A stretch of DNA of 64,000 nt from an uncultured delta proteobacterium (GCA_963767925.1 CAVYGB010000008.1:544001-608000); one strand, 5' to 3'. Positions 28,164 to 37,997 are shown, counted from the stretch's first letter. Numbers and translations: made by a program. The notes: generated from the sequence alone by a model not told the origin.

Positions 28164-30250
28164 GCGGCTTGGCTCCAGGGATTGGGTGATGACGTTTCGA
28201 TGGTGCCGGCCGGCTCGACGGCGGTGCCCGGGACGAGCTCGCGAGCGGTGATCACCCACAGGTCGTTCACGAAGCGGGATGCAAAGTCGAACAGGGGCCG
28301 CCGCAGGTCGGAGGGGGCGATGATGACCGCCGGCCGGCCGGCCGACACGAGGCTGGCCACCCGGTTCTCGAGGGCCCCGATGAAGCGGCGGGCGGTGTTC
28401 ACGTCGGGCGCCAGGGTCGGCTCGCCGTCGCTCTGGCCCAGGCTCTTGCGCAGGATCTCCTCGAGCGCCCGGTCGAGGGTGAGGGCGTGCACCACCCCCT
28501 TGCCGTCGGCCACCCGGGCGGTGATCTGGCGGAACAGGCGGCGGCGGGCCTGCTCGACAAGGAAGGGGGTGTCCTTGCTGCGGGGGGCGGCGTCGGCGAG
28601 GGCCTCGAGGATGCTGCGCAGGTCCCGGATCGAGAGCGACTCGCGCAGCAGGCCCCGCACCACCCGCACCAGGTCGCCAAGGGTGATGACCCCGGGGATG
28701 ACGTCCTCGACAAGCTTGGGGCTCTCCTTGGCGCACAGGGCGAGCAGGTCCTGCACCTCCTGGCGGCCCACCAGCTCGTGGGCGTTGCGCCGGAGCAGCT
28801 CGGACAGGTGGGTGGTGAGCACCGAGGCGGCGTCGACAACCGTGAGGCCGGTGGCCTCGGCCCGGGCCCGATCGCTCGGCGCGATCCAGAGGGCGGGCAG
28901 CCCGAAGGCTGGCTCCTTGGCCGGGATGCCGTTGGCCCCCGGCAGGAGCGGCACGCCTCCTGCCGCCTCGAGGACCATGAGGCGGTCGGAGTAGGCCTGG
29001 CCCGACCCGATCTCCATGCCCCGCAAGCGGATGCGGTAGTCGGCGGGGTCGAGCCGGAGGTTGTCCCGCAGGTGCACGGGCGGCAACACGATGCCGAGGT
29101 CGCCCGCCACCTGGCGGCGCAGGCTCGCCACCCGCCCGGGCAGCTCGCCGCCCCGGTCGAGGTCGATGAGCGGCAAGAGCCCGTGGCCCACTTCGAGCTC
29201 GAGGGCGTCGAGGGCGATGAGGTCGGTGAGGCGGTCGGGGGCGGCAGCCTTGGCGGCGGCCGAAGGGAGCGGGGCGGCGACCGGCCTCCGCCGCCGGGAC
29301 ATCATGAAGGCGGCGGCCGCCATCAGGCCCAGCGACAGCACCGGCATGCCGGGGACCAGGGCCAGGGCCCCCAGCACCATCGAGGCGTGCAGCAGGGGGC
29401 GCTGCTGGAAGATCTGGGCGCCCACCTGGGGACCGAGCTCGGTGCCCGACCCGGCCCGGGTGATGGTGATGCCGGCCGCGGTCGACACGAGCAGGGCGGG
29501 GATCTGGCTGACCAGACCGTCGCCGATGGTGAGGATGAAGTAGGTCTCGGCCGCCGCGGACAGCGATAGCTTGTCGCGCAGCAGGCCGGCGGCCAGACCG
29601 CCGATCAAATTGATGGCGGTGATGACCAGGGCGGCCACCGCGTCGCCGCGCACGAACTTGCTGGCGCCGTCCATGGCGCCGAAGAAGTCGATCTCCTTCT
29701 CGAGCGCGGTCCGCCGGGCCTTGGCCTCCCGGTCGTCGATGATGCCGGCGGCCAGGTCGGCGTCGATCGACATCTGCTTGCCGGGGAGGGCGTCGAGGGT
29801 GAAGCGGGCCGCCACCTCGGCGATGCGGCCCGAGCCCTTGGTGATCACCGCGAAGTTGACCACCAGCAAGATGAGGAAGATGACCGAGCCGACGATGAGG
29901 CTGCCGCCCACCGCGAACTGGCCGAAGGTCTCGATGATGTGGCCGGCGGTGGCGGTGCCGCCGCTGCCGCCACCCAGGATCAAGCGGGTGGCGGCCACGT
30001 TGAGGCCCAGCCGGAACAGGGTCGTGATGAGCAGCAGCGAGGGGAAGACAGTGAAGTCGAGGGCCCGCTGCACCGAGAGCGCCACCAGGAGGATCAACAC
30101 CGAGATGCCGATGTTGAGCCCCAGCATCGCGTCGAGCAGGGAAGGGGGCAGGGGCAGGACGAGGATGCCGACGACGCCCAGCACGGACGCCGTCAGCAGG
30201 CCCTGGGCGGTGAGGAGGCTGCCGCCTCCTGGCGCGTCGGCTGCGCTCAT
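28160..30250 (-). CDS. flhA: Flagellar export gate protein FlhA
   Basis: FPSLLL.TLFRL.LNVA, RIAEVAARFTLDALPGKQMSIDADL, FFGAMDGASKFVRGDA, LTIGDGLVSQIPAL. Confidence 0.97.
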   Translation of the reverse strand: MSAADAPGGGSLLTAQGLLTASVLGVVGILVLPLPPSLLDAMLGLNIGISVLILLVALSVQRALDFTVFPSLLLITTLFRLGLNVAATRLILGGGSGGTATAGHIIETFGQFAVGGSLIVGSVIFLILLVVNFAVITKGSGRIAEVAARFTLDALPGKQMSIDADLAAGIIDDREAKARRTALEKEIDFFGAMDGASKFVRGDAVAALVITAINLIGGLAAGLLRDKLSLSAAAETYFILTIGDGLVSQIPALLVSTAAGITITRAGSGTELGPQVGAQIFQQRPLLHASMVLGALALVPGMPVLSLGLMAAAAFMMSRRRRPVAAPLPSAAAKAAAPDRLTDLIALDALELEVGHGLLPLIDLDRGGELPGRVASLRRQVAGDLGIVLPPVHLRDNLRLDPADYRIRLRGMEIGSGQAYSDRLMVLEAAGGVPLLPGANGIPAKEPAFGLPALWIAPSDRARAEATGLTVVDAASVLTTHLSELLRRNAHELVGRQEVQDLLALCAKESPKLVEDVIPGVITLGDLVRVVRGLLRESLSIRDLRSILEALADAAPRSKDTPFLVEQARRRLFRQITARVADGKGVVHALTLDRALEEILRKSLGQSDGEPTLAPDVNTARRFIGALENRVASLVSAGRPAVIIAPSDLRRPLFDFASRFVNDLWVITARELVPGTAVEPAGTIETSSPNPWSQAA

Positions 30251-31317
30251 GGGCGGGCCTCTTGCCCGGAGGTGCGGCCGAGCGCCCGGTAGACGAAGGC
30301 CAGCACGGCCGCGACCGCCTTGAAGGTCTCGGCGGGGATGGTGCGTCCGATCTTGACCCGCTTGTACAGCAGCCGGGCCAGGGGGACGTTCTCGACGATG
30401 GGCACGCCGTTCTCCCGGGCCAGCGCCCGGATCCGATCGGCCTGCTCACCTTTGCCCTTGGCGGTCACGCGCGGCGCCCGGTCCTCGTCGGGGCGATAGC
30501 GGAGGGCCACCGCCAGGTGGGTCGGATTGACGACAACCACGTCGGCCCGGGGGACCTCGGCGGCGACGCGTCCCCTGGCGATCTCACGGTGCTGCCGGCG
30601 CCGGCGAGAACGGATCAGAGGATCGCCTTCCTCGTCCTTGTGCTCCCGCCTCAGCTCGTCCTTGCTCATCTTCAGCTTTCCCCGATGTCGGAAGCGCTTG
30701 ACTGCAAGGTCTGCGCCCGCGATGAAGACCAGCGCCGTCAGGGTGTTGACCAGCGCCCGCTCCATCGGACCGAACAGGCCCGCCAGCAGGCCGTCGGCGG
30801 GCTGGTGCATCAGGCGGGGCAGTGTCACGAACTCGTCGCGCAGGGCCCACCAGAGGGCCAGGAACAGCGTCACGATCTTGGCCATGTCGAGGCCCAGATC
30901 GACGAGGACCTCCTTGCTGAAGAGCCGCCCGAAGCGGGCGCCCGACAGGACGCGGTCCAGCTTGGGCCACACCAGCTCCATCCAGAAGCCGAAGCGGGTC
31001 TGGAGACCGGAGGCCAGCACCGCCGCCACCATGACAGCGCCACACACCGCCGCGATGAGCCCCGCGATGGGCGGCATGAGCGCCAGCAGGTAGCCGGGCT
31101 CCGCGTCGCTGAGTCGATCCATGCTGGCGTGCACCAGCCTGACCAGCGCGTCGCGCATCTCGGCGCCCAGCGCCAGCACCGCCCAGGCCCCGGCCGCCAG
31201 GGAGGCCGCGGCGGTGACGTCCCGGGAGACCGGGACGTCGCCCTGATCGAAGGCCTGGCTGAGCCGGTGGGGGCTCGCTGCTTCTGTGCGGTCGTCGGAG
31301 GGTTCCTGCTCGCTCAC
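30247..31317 (-). CDS. flhB: Export switch protein FlhB
   Basis: RTEAASPHRL, KMSKDELRREHKDEEGDP, NPTH autocleavage motif, ENVPLAR. Confidence 0.95.
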   Translation of the reverse strand: MSEQEPSDDRTEAASPHRLSQAFDQGDVPVSRDVTAAASLAAGAWAVLALGAEMRDALVRLVHASMDRLSDAEPGYLLALMPPIAGLIAAVCGAVMVAAVLASGLQTRFGFWMELVWPKLDRVLSGARFGRLFSKEVLVDLGLDMAKIVTLFLALWWALRDEFVTLPRLMHQPADGLLAGLFGPMERALVNTLTALVFIAGADLAVKRFRHRGKLKMSKDELRREHKDEEGDPLIRSRRRRQHREIARGRVAAEVPRADVVVVNPTHLAVALRYRPDEDRAPRVTAKGKGEQADRIRALARENGVPIVENVPLARLLYKRVKIGRTIPAETFKAVAAVLAFVYRALGRTSGQEARP

Positions 31318-31324
31318 GCCATCC

Positions 31325-32071
31325 TCAGGCCGGGGCGAAGGCTCTCCGCGCGGCCTGGACGACGATCTCCGCCAGGCTGGGCGAGGCGACGTAGAGGGCG
31401 AACCCCCCCGCCAGCAGGGCGACGGCGAAGCCGAGGTTCAGGAAGGAGAGCTGGGGCATGAGGCGTCCCAGCAGGCCGAGCGCCATGTTGACGAAGAGCA
31501 CCGCCGCCATCACCGGGAATGAGAGGCGGATCGAGAGGGCCACTGCCCGGGCCGCCTCCGAGACCACGGCCGAGGCCAGATCGCGCCAGGACTGCACCGA
31601 TCCGGGGGGCAGCTCCATCACCGAGCGGCACAGCCAGACGATGGCCTCGCGGTGCAGGCCCACCGCCAGGGCCAGGCCCATGACGAGAAAGACCATCAGC
31701 TCCGACAGGGCGGTCGAATCGGCGCCGTGCACCGGATCGATCACCGCGGCCAGGCCGATGCCCATCGAGAGGCCGGCGGCGTGACCCGCCGCCGCCGCCG
31801 CGTCGAGCGCGAAGCGGCTGGCCAGCCCGGCCGACAGACCCACCAGGGTCTCGCCCGCCACCGCCAGCAACAGCGGTCCCGGCTGGGCCCAGTCCGCGAA
31901 CCCGGGGGCCCCCGCGGCGGAGAAGGCGATCCAGGCGACGGCCAGAGCCAGCCCCATGCGGATCCGGGCGTTCACCGCCCGGGCGCTGTACAGCGGCGCC
32001 GTCATCAGCAGCGCCGTGCACCGACAGAGGATCAGGAAGAAGCCGATCAGCACTGGCGCCCAGGCGCCCAT
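31325..32071 (-). CDS. fliR: Export gate protein FliR
   Basis: Hydrophobic; ETLVG, AGH...SMG, LGLLGRLMPQLSF; between fliQ and flhB. Confidence 0.9.
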   Translation of the reverse strand: MGAWAPVLIGFFLILCRCTALLMTAPLYSARAVNARIRMGLALAVAWIAFSAAGAPGFADWAQPGPLLLAVAGETLVGLSAGLASRFALDAAAAAGHAAGLSMGIGLAAVIDPVHGADSTALSELMVFLVMGLALAVGLHREAIVWLCRSVMELPPGSVQSWRDLASAVVSEAARAVALSIRLSFPVMAAVLFVNMALGLLGRLMPQLSFLNLGFAVALLAGGFALYVASPSLAEIVVQAARRAFAPA

Positions 32072-32080
32072 CTGACCGAC

Positions 32081-32341
32081 CTATGCGCCCTCGGCGATGC
32101 GCTGGAGGGCCAGCTTGAAGTACTGAGCCAGGTGCTCGACCATCCAGCCGCCGAGGACGGCCACCACGATGACCCCCGCCGTCAGGCGGGGCAGAAAGCC
32201 CACCGCCGGGTCGTTGATCTGGGTCGCGGCCTGCAGGACCCCGATCACCAGGCCGGCCAGCATGAGCGCGCCGAGGACCGGGGCCGAGATCTCCGCGAGC
32301 ACGAGCAGGCCCTCGCGGACCAGGTTCTCGGCGCCGCCCAT
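32081..32341 (-). CDS. fliQ: Export gate protein FliQ
   Basis: GLVIGVLQAATQIND..FLPRL motif. Confidence 0.92.
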   Translation of the reverse strand: MGGAENLVREGLLVLAEISAPVLGALMLAGLVIGVLQAATQINDPAVGFLPRLTAGVIVVAVLGGWMVEHLAQYFKLALQRIAEGA

Positions 32342-33036
32342 CAGAAGCTCCGCACCAGCGAGGAGACAACCAGGTGCCAGCCTCCGGCCAGCAGGAACAC
32401 CCCCAGCTTGAGCGGCAGGGCGATCAAGGTGGGCGGCACCATCATCATGCCGAGGGACATGAGGATGCTCGCCACGAGCAGATCGATGAGCAACATCGGG
32501 ATGAAGATGTAGAGCCCCATGCGGAAGGCGGTGCCGAGCTCGGAGATCATGAAAGAGGGGACCAGCACCGCCATGGGGATGGGTTCGCCCCGGGCTGGCG
32601 CCGGTCGCTGCGAGATCTCGAAGAACAGGCGGAGGTCGTCCTCCCGGGTGTGCTGCAACATCCAGTCGCCCAGCGGGCGCTCGGCCCGGCGGAGCGCCTC
32701 CGTCACCGGGATCTTGTCGTCGAGCAGGGGAGCCAGCGCCTGGTCGTAGATCTGGTTGAAGGTGGGGGCCATGATGAACATGGTCAGAAACAGGGACAGC
32801 CCGAGCAGGATCTGGTTGGGCGGGAGCGCGGGCGTTCCCAGGGCCTGCCGCAGGAACGAGAAGACGATGATGATGCGGGTGAAGCTGGTGACCGAGAGGA
32901 GCAGGGCCGAGGCGAACGACAGGAAGGTGAGGAAGAGGAAGAGCTTGACCGCCGAGGAGCCGGCGCTGGCTCCCGCCGCCTGGGCTCCCGCCCGGACCGC
33001 CGCCAGCAGCGGATCGGTGGCGGTCGTGTCATTCAT
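32341..33036 (-). CDS. fliP: Export gate protein FliP
   Basis: TSFTRIIIV.SFLRQALG, PPNQIL, PSFMISEL, GMMMVPP..IALPLKL. Confidence 0.95.
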   Translation of the reverse strand: MNDTTATDPLLAAVRAGAQAAGASAGSSAVKLFLFLTFLSFASALLLSVTSFTRIIIVFSFLRQALGTPALPPNQILLGLSLFLTMFIMAPTFNQIYDQALAPLLDDKIPVTEALRRAERPLGDWMLQHTREDDLRLFFEISQRPAPARGEPIPMAVLVPSFMISELGTAFRMGLYIFIPMLLIDLLVASILMSLGMMMVPPTLIALPLKLGVFLLAGGWHLVVSSLVRSF

Positions 33037-34247
33037 TTGACCTGGCCACCTCGACCGGACTGCAGCCGCCGGCGCAGCTCCTCGTCCTCCATGGTGTCGT
33101 CGAGCAGGTCCTTGAAGTCCTCGGCCATGGTGCTGGGCCCCTCGTCGTCTTCGCTGGCCACGGCGGCGCGCTCGCGCGTGCGGCGGAACAGGCGGGACAA
33201 CATCCCCTTTTCACCCTCGGGAGGCAGCTCCTCCTCGATGATGTCCTCGGGCGCGGGCTCCACCTCTTCGCTGGTGCCGGTGCCGCCCAGCCCGGGGGGC
33301 AGGGGGGTCAGCAGGGTGATGCCAGCCTCGCTGGTGCCGAGGATGAGGCGGTCGCCGTTCACCTCGGCGACAACCAGGGCGCGCCGGGGGCCCAAGGACG
33401 CGGTCTCGACGATGCGGATCATGCCGCCCCCGGTGCGGCGACGCTGGCGCCACAGCAGGAGGATGGAGACGCCGGCGAGCACCACCACCGAGAGGATCCA
33501 GCCGAAGGGCACGCCCGAGGGCGGCGCCGGCGCCGGCCGCAGGGAGCTCGGGCGAGAGGCCCGCTCCTCGCTGCGCGGCAGGGGCGGGCGGGCCTCCAGC
33601 ACCGGGGCGGGGGCCGCCGTCTCGGCGGGGGTGGGCCGGGCGCCCGTCGGAGCGGGCGCGGGGGTGGGGAGAGCGGCCGGCGCCGGCGCCGCCGCTCTGG
33701 TGACCGGCGGTGCCGCGGTCAGGGGCGCGGGCGCGGCCAGCTCGGCTGCCGCGGCGCCAGCCCGCAGCGAGGGCAGCCCGACCGGCGGGGGGCTGGGGGG
33801 CGGTGGGGGCGGCGCGGGCGGGGTGGCCACCTGGCCCACCCCGCTGTGCTGGCCGACCAGGCCGGCGATCGGCGCCGCCGCCGCGTTGCAGGTGATGCTG
33901 GCCCGCACCCGGTTCTCCACCAGGGTGACCGCGACCGGGCCCGCGCAGGCCACGCCCGCCGCCAGCGGCACCTGGAGCTTGGTGTAGGTCGAGCGAGGAA
34001 ACACGCCGATCTGTCGCTGGCCCGGCGCCCCGAAGCTGCGGCGCCCGCTCTCGACCGCCGCGCCTTCGATATAGAGGGCCAGCCCCTGGGCGGTCAGCTT
34101 GGTGCGGACGTCGTGGCGGGCCACCGGCTCGGAGGTGAGCGCCTCGATGATGAGCTGTCCGTCCTGGAGGGCGGTGCCAGCGTCGAGGATCTTCGCCGAG
34201 GCATCGGCGAGCACCAGGGAGGGCAGCAGAGCGGCAAGAACGTGCAT
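33033..34247 (-). CDS. fliO: FliO with long periplasmic N-terminal extension
   Basis: TM helix followed by IRIVETASLGPRRALVVAEV..RLILGTSE.GITLL (FliO domain); preceded by a signal peptide, a globular domain and a Pro/Ala linker; between fliN and fliP. Confidence 0.8.
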   Translation of the reverse strand: MHVLAALLPSLVLADASAKILDAGTALQDGQLIIEALTSEPVARHDVRTKLTAQGLALYIEGAAVESGRRSFGAPGQRQIGVFPRSTYTKLQVPLAAGVACAGPVAVTLVENRVRASITCNAAAAPIAGLVGQHSGVGQVATPPAPPPPPPSPPPVGLPSLRAGAAAAELAAPAPLTAAPPVTRAAAPAPAALPTPAPAPTGARPTPAETAAPAPVLEARPPLPRSEERASRPSSLRPAPAPPSGVPFGWILSVVVLAGVSILLLWRQRRRTGGGMIRIVETASLGPRRALVVAEVNGDRLILGTSEAGITLLTPLPPGLGGTGTSEEVEPAPEDIIEEELPPEGEKGMLSRLFRRTRERAAVASEDDEGPSTMAEDFKDLLDDTMEDEELRRRLQSGRGGQVK

Positions 34248-34265
34248 GGACCTACTCCTTGAATC

Positions 34266-34568
34266 TCAGCGCAGTCGGGCGATGCGCTCGGCGGGGCTCA
34301 CGATGTCGGTGATCCGGACGCCGAACTTGTCGTTGACCACCACCGCCTCTCCCCGGGCGACGAGGCGGTCGTTGACGAGGATGTCGAGGGGCTCACCCGC
34401 GACCTTGTCGAGCTCGATGACCGAGCCGGGCCCCAGTCCCAGCAGCTCCTGGATCGACATGCGGGTGCGACCGAGCTCGACCGAGAGCTCGAGGGGCACA
34501 TCGAGCAGGAGCTCGAGGCGGCGGCTGGGGGGGGCAGTGCTCGGGGGGGCAGGGGCGTTCGGATCCAT
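34266..34568 (-). CDS. fliN: Motor switch protein FliN
   Basis: [46 protein letters not shown]. Confidence 0.95.
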   Translation of the reverse strand: MDPNAPAPPSTAPPSRRLELLLDVPLELSVELGRTRMSIQELLGLGPGSVIELDKVAGEPLDILVNDRLVARGEAVVVNDKFGVRITDIVSPAERIARLR

Positions 34569-34586
34569 GACTCGCGCTGGTCCCTT

Positions 34587-35654
34587 TCAAGCGGCGGGCC
34601 GAATCGGGGGCAGCTCGCCAGGTCCGGTCGATTCCCGGGTCGGCTTCTCTTCCGGGGGCCCGGCCAGCGGTCCGAAGGTGCGCTCTACCGCGACCGCCAT
34701 GCTCCCGTTGACCACCCGGGGCGCGCCGCTCGACTTCAAGCGGCCCTCCACGAAGATGGGCAGCGGGACGTTTTCGCTGGAGTTGAGGGTGAGCACGTCG
34801 CCCACCTGGAGCGCCAGCAGCTCCGACAGGTTGACGGTTCGCCGCCCGATCTCCACCCGCAGGCTCACATCGACCTGCTCCAGCTCGCGGGCCATGGTGG
34901 CGGAGAACCGCGCGTCGCCGTCCCCCCGTTCCCCGAGGCGGGGCGGGGAGGCCAGCAGCTTCTTGGCTGGCTCGACCGCGGCGTAGGGCACCACGAGCTG
35001 GGCCCGTCCGGCGAGGGTCCCGGCGATCTCGAAGGGGCAGACGATCGCCACGTCGCTGGCGGGGGCGATCACCGCCATGCGTGGGTCGGACTCGAAGCGC
35101 AGCACCTCCGGTCGAAAGGCCAGCACGTCGGCCCAGGCCACCGCCATCGCCTCGGCCATCAGGCCCAGCAGGTGGCGGAGCACCAGCCGCTCGACGTTCG
35201 TGAGCTCGGTCCGCTGCTCGTTGGCGCCCTCGCGCGGCGCCTCGGCCCGCGCCTTGCGGTCGCCGAGCGCGCCCGCCAGCAGGGACTGGGCCAGCGTCCC
35301 CTCGAGCAGGATGGCCGCCAGGCCATGGCCCCCCCCCAGCGTCAGGATGCCGACAGTTGTGGGCGGCGCCAGGAGTCCCTGCACATCCGCGAACTTGAGC
35401 AAGGTGGCCGCGCCCGAGGTGACGCGGGCGTCGAGCCGCAGGCGCCCCGACAGTGAGCGGCCGAACAGCGACGCGATCCTATCGTTGATCGCGTCCAGGG
35501 TGGGCATCTGCCCCCGGATGATCCGGTCCTGGCTCGTGAGATCGTAGGGGACCACGGGGCCCCGAGCCCCCGCGCCCGCGCCCGGCGCCAGGCGACCATC
35601 CTGGATCGCCTGCATGAGGGCTTCGACTTCGCTGGCGTCAAGAGGAGATGACAC
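34587..35654 (-). CDS. fliM: Motor switch protein FliM
   Basis: LDASEVEALM (CheY-binding peptide), YDLTSQDRIIRGQMPTL, C-terminal SpoA domain. Confidence 0.92.
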   Translation of the reverse strand: MSSPLDASEVEALMQAIQDGRLAPGAGAGARGPVVPYDLTSQDRIIRGQMPTLDAINDRIASLFGRSLSGRLRLDARVTSGAATLLKFADVQGLLAPPTTVGILTLGGGHGLAAILLEGTLAQSLLAGALGDRKARAEAPREGANEQRTELTNVERLVLRHLLGLMAEAMAVAWADVLAFRPEVLRFESDPRMAVIAPASDVAIVCPFEIAGTLAGRAQLVVPYAAVEPAKKLLASPPRLGERGDGDARFSATMARELEQVDVSLRVEIGRRTVNLSELLALQVGDVLTLNSSENVPLPIFVEGRLKSSGAPRVVNGSMAVAVERTFGPLAGPPEEKPTRESTGPGELPPIRPAA

Positions 35655-35672
35655 GTCGGCCGAGGACCCCAG

Positions 35673-36218
35673 CTACTGGATGATGAAATCCGTTATGTAC
35701 AGCTTGCGGATGGGGTGGCCGGGGACGATGTCGTCGATGCGTTTGATGAGCGTCGCCTTGGTGCGCTCCATGGCCTCGCTCCCGCGCAGCTCATCGAGAG
35801 TCCGGTCGGCGAAGTAGGAGATCACGACGTCACGGATGGGGGAGAGGTAGGCGGTCACGGCCGCCTGTTCGGCCTCGTTGCCCACCTCGACGTCGAAGGC
35901 CAGCCGCACGTAGCGATCGGCATCGACGGTCTTGAGCTGGATGACGAAATTCTCGAGCTTCAGGATTGGCCCCGGCCGCGGCGGGCCGGCGGCGGGGCCC
36001 CCGTGCTCCCCGTTGCCACTGGCTTCGCCCTCCGCCTTGGCCCCGGCGGCCTTGGCCCCGGCCGCACCCTGCTCGGCGGGCCGCTTCATGGAATAGAAGA
36101 GCACGCCGCCCATGAGCGCGGTGTTGAGCAAGAGCATGATGGGCATGAGCTTGCCGCCACCCTTGCCTCCCGCCTCCGCCGCCGCTTTCTCTCCCGCGAG
36201 CTCGCCTTTTTCTTCCAT
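35673..36218 (-). CDS. fliL: Basal-body associated protein FliL
   Basis: N-terminal TM, LENFVIQL, IRDVVI, LYITDFIIQ C-terminus. Confidence 0.9.
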   Translation of the reverse strand: MEEKGELAGEKAAAEAGGKGGGKLMPIMLLLNTALMGGVLFYSMKRPAEQGAAGAKAAGAKAEGEASGNGEHGGPAAGPPRPGPILKLENFVIQLKTVDADRYVRLAFDVEVGNEAEQAAVTAYLSPIRDVVISYFADRTLDELRGSEAMERTKATLIKRIDDIVPGHPIRKLYITDFIIQ

Positions 36219-36241
36219 CGCGTGTCCGGTGCTCCTCCGTA

Positions 36242-36257
36242 GGCAAGCCTCGTGCCG
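36242..36257 (-). promoter_or_regulatory. Sigma54 promoter of the fliL...fliA operon
   Basis: Minus strand CGGCACGAGGCTTGCC (GGCAC-N5-TTGC) about 24 nt upstream of fliL. Confidence 0.7.
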
Positions 36258-36435
36258 CTCCGCTGCCTGGCCCGGCGCCCGGGCGCGCTGGAACTGCGCG
36301 AATCGATTGACGCCGCGAAACGCCCGATCCGTCTCCGCGTCAGCACGCTGGCGCGGTAGCGGTCTCGCACGTCAGATTGCTGGCGCCGCGGGCCCGCCGA
36401 CGCCGTGAAATCGGGCTCGCGAACCGGGATCAGCT

Positions 36436-36451
36436 CGGCGCGTGGGTTGCA
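36436..36451 (+). promoter_or_regulatory. Putative sigma54 promoter of the HDOD/GGDEF gene
   Basis: CGGCGCGTGGGTTGCA (GG-N10-GC), 14 nt before GTG 36465. Confidence 0.5.
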
Positions 36452-36464
36452 TCGTTCCAGCGCC

Positions 36465-37997
36465 GTGGAGGCTCCACTCAAAGCGAAGCTGGAACGGAGC
36501 ACGACCTTGCCCACGCTGCCTGCGGTGGCGGTGCGCGTGCTCGAGCTCTGCCAGCGGGAGAACCTCGACCTCTCGGAGATCGCCAACCTCGTCGGCCACG
36601 ACCCGGCCCTGGCGGCCAAGACGCTGAAGACCGTCAACTCGCCGGCCTTTGCCCTGCGCCAGGAAGTGCGCACCCTCTCGCACGCGGTCGCCCTCCTGGG
36701 CGTCAACGCCGTCCGCACCCTGATCCTCTCGTTCTCCCTGATGCGCGACGTGCGACGCTCGCAGCGGTCCGCCCTCACCACCTACTGGAAGCGCTCGCTC
36801 CTGGCGGGCCTCAGCGCCCGCGAGCTGGCCGTCGAGCTGGGCTACCAGGCGCGCGAGGAGGCCTTCCTGGCCGGGCTGCTCCAGGACATCGGCGTGCTGG
36901 CCCTGCGCCAGATAGGTGACCCCAGCTACAACGACCTGCTCGAGTCGGCGGCCTACGATCACGAGCGGATCCTGGCGGGCGAGCGGGCCACCTTCGAGAG
37001 CGACCACTCCGAGGTGGGCGCCTGGCTGGTGGGCAAATGGCGCTTGCCCGAGGCGTTTCGCATCGCCGTGGCCTACAGCCACCGGCCCTGGCGCATCGAG
37101 CCCGGCTTCAGCGAGGAGCTCGCCACCCTGATCCGCATCACCGCCCTCTCCGGCACCATCGCCGACATCTGGATCCGCCCCGACGCCCCGGGCGCGGCCC
37201 AGCGGGCCCACATCGAGGCCAGCAAGATCTTCCGCCGGACCCCGCTGATCCTCGAGGAGGTGGTCAAGCGGATCGGGTCCTCCATCCAGGACGTGGCCAG
37301 CCTGTTCGAGATCGACCTCGGCAGCGCCCAGGGCAACGACCTGGTCCTCGAGCAGGCCCAGGAGGCCCTGGCCATCGTCAACGTCGGCGGCAGCGCCACA
37401 TCTTTGACTCCCTCCGCGGGCACCTCCAGCGGGGGAGCCCGGCCGCGCCGAAAGAACAGCGAGACCGAGCGGGACGCCGCCACCGGCCTGGCGAGCTGGG
37501 CCTGGGCCGAGCGGTACCTGAGCGAGCAGCTCGCCCTGACCCGGCAGAACGGAGAGGCCCTCGGCGTGATCGTGGCCGAGCTGGATCAGTGGGGGGCCCA
37601 AAAGGAGACCTTCGAGCCCAGCCAGGCCGCCCGCCTGCTGCAAGCGGTGGCCGCCTGCCTCGACAGCCGCCTGCGCAAGCACGACCTCGTGGGCCACGAC
37701 GGGCAGGGCCGCTTCCTCTTCGTCCTGCCCGACACCAACAGCGCCGGCGTGAGCGTGGTGGCGGACCGCACCCGCCAGCTCGTCCAGGAGCTGCCCCCCC
37801 AGGCGCCGGGCGCGTCCGCGCTCGCCACCCTGTCGCTGGGATGCGCCACCCTCGAGGCCGGCGCCGCGGCCAGCGATCGGGATCTGCTGGCGGTGGCGGA
37901 GGAGGCGGTCGCCAGCGCCCGCGCCGCCGGGGGCAATCAGGTCGCGGCCCTCGATCCCGCCGTCGAGGTCCAGGCCGCTTCGGCTGATCAGAGGTAG
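36465..37997 (+). CDS. HDOD domain + degenerate GGDEF domain protein
   Basis: LPTLPAVA, DPALAAKTLKTVNS, AFLAGLLQDIG, DHSEVGA..WRLP (HDOD); DAATGL...RKHDLVGHDGQGRF...TLSLG (degenerate GGDEF). Confidence 0.85.
   Translation: MEAPLKAKLERSTTLPTLPAVAVRVLELCQRENLDLSEIANLVGHDPALAAKTLKTVNSPAFALRQEVRTLSHAVALLGVNAVRTLILSFSLMRDVRRSQRSALTTYWKRSLLAGLSARELAVELGYQAREEAFLAGLLQDIGVLALRQIGDPSYNDLLESAAYDHERILAGERATFESDHSEVGAWLVGKWRLPEAFRIAVAYSHRPWRIEPGFSEELATLIRITALSGTIADIWIRPDAPGAAQRAHIEASKIFRRTPLILEEVVKRIGSSIQDVASLFEIDLGSAQGNDLVLEQAQEALAIVNVGGSATSLTPSAGTSSGGARPRRKNSETERDAATGLASWAWAERYLSEQLALTRQNGEALGVIVAELDQWGAQKETFEPSQAARLLQAVAACLDSRLRKHDLVGHDGQGRFLFVLPDTNSAGVSVVADRTRQLVQELPPQAPGASALATLSLGCATLEAGAAASDRDLLAVAEEAVASARAAGGNQVAALDPAVEVQAASADQR

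Noticed and set aside
26166..30449. 1427-aa ORF suggesting a giant FlhG fusion
   Set aside because: Off-frame read-through over flhA and flhF produced by the flhF frameshift; only the short FlhF N-terminus and the last ~302 aa (FlhG) are real.
28160..33036. Non-flagellar type III secretion system
   Set aside because: The export genes are embedded among flagellin, rod, ring and switch genes.
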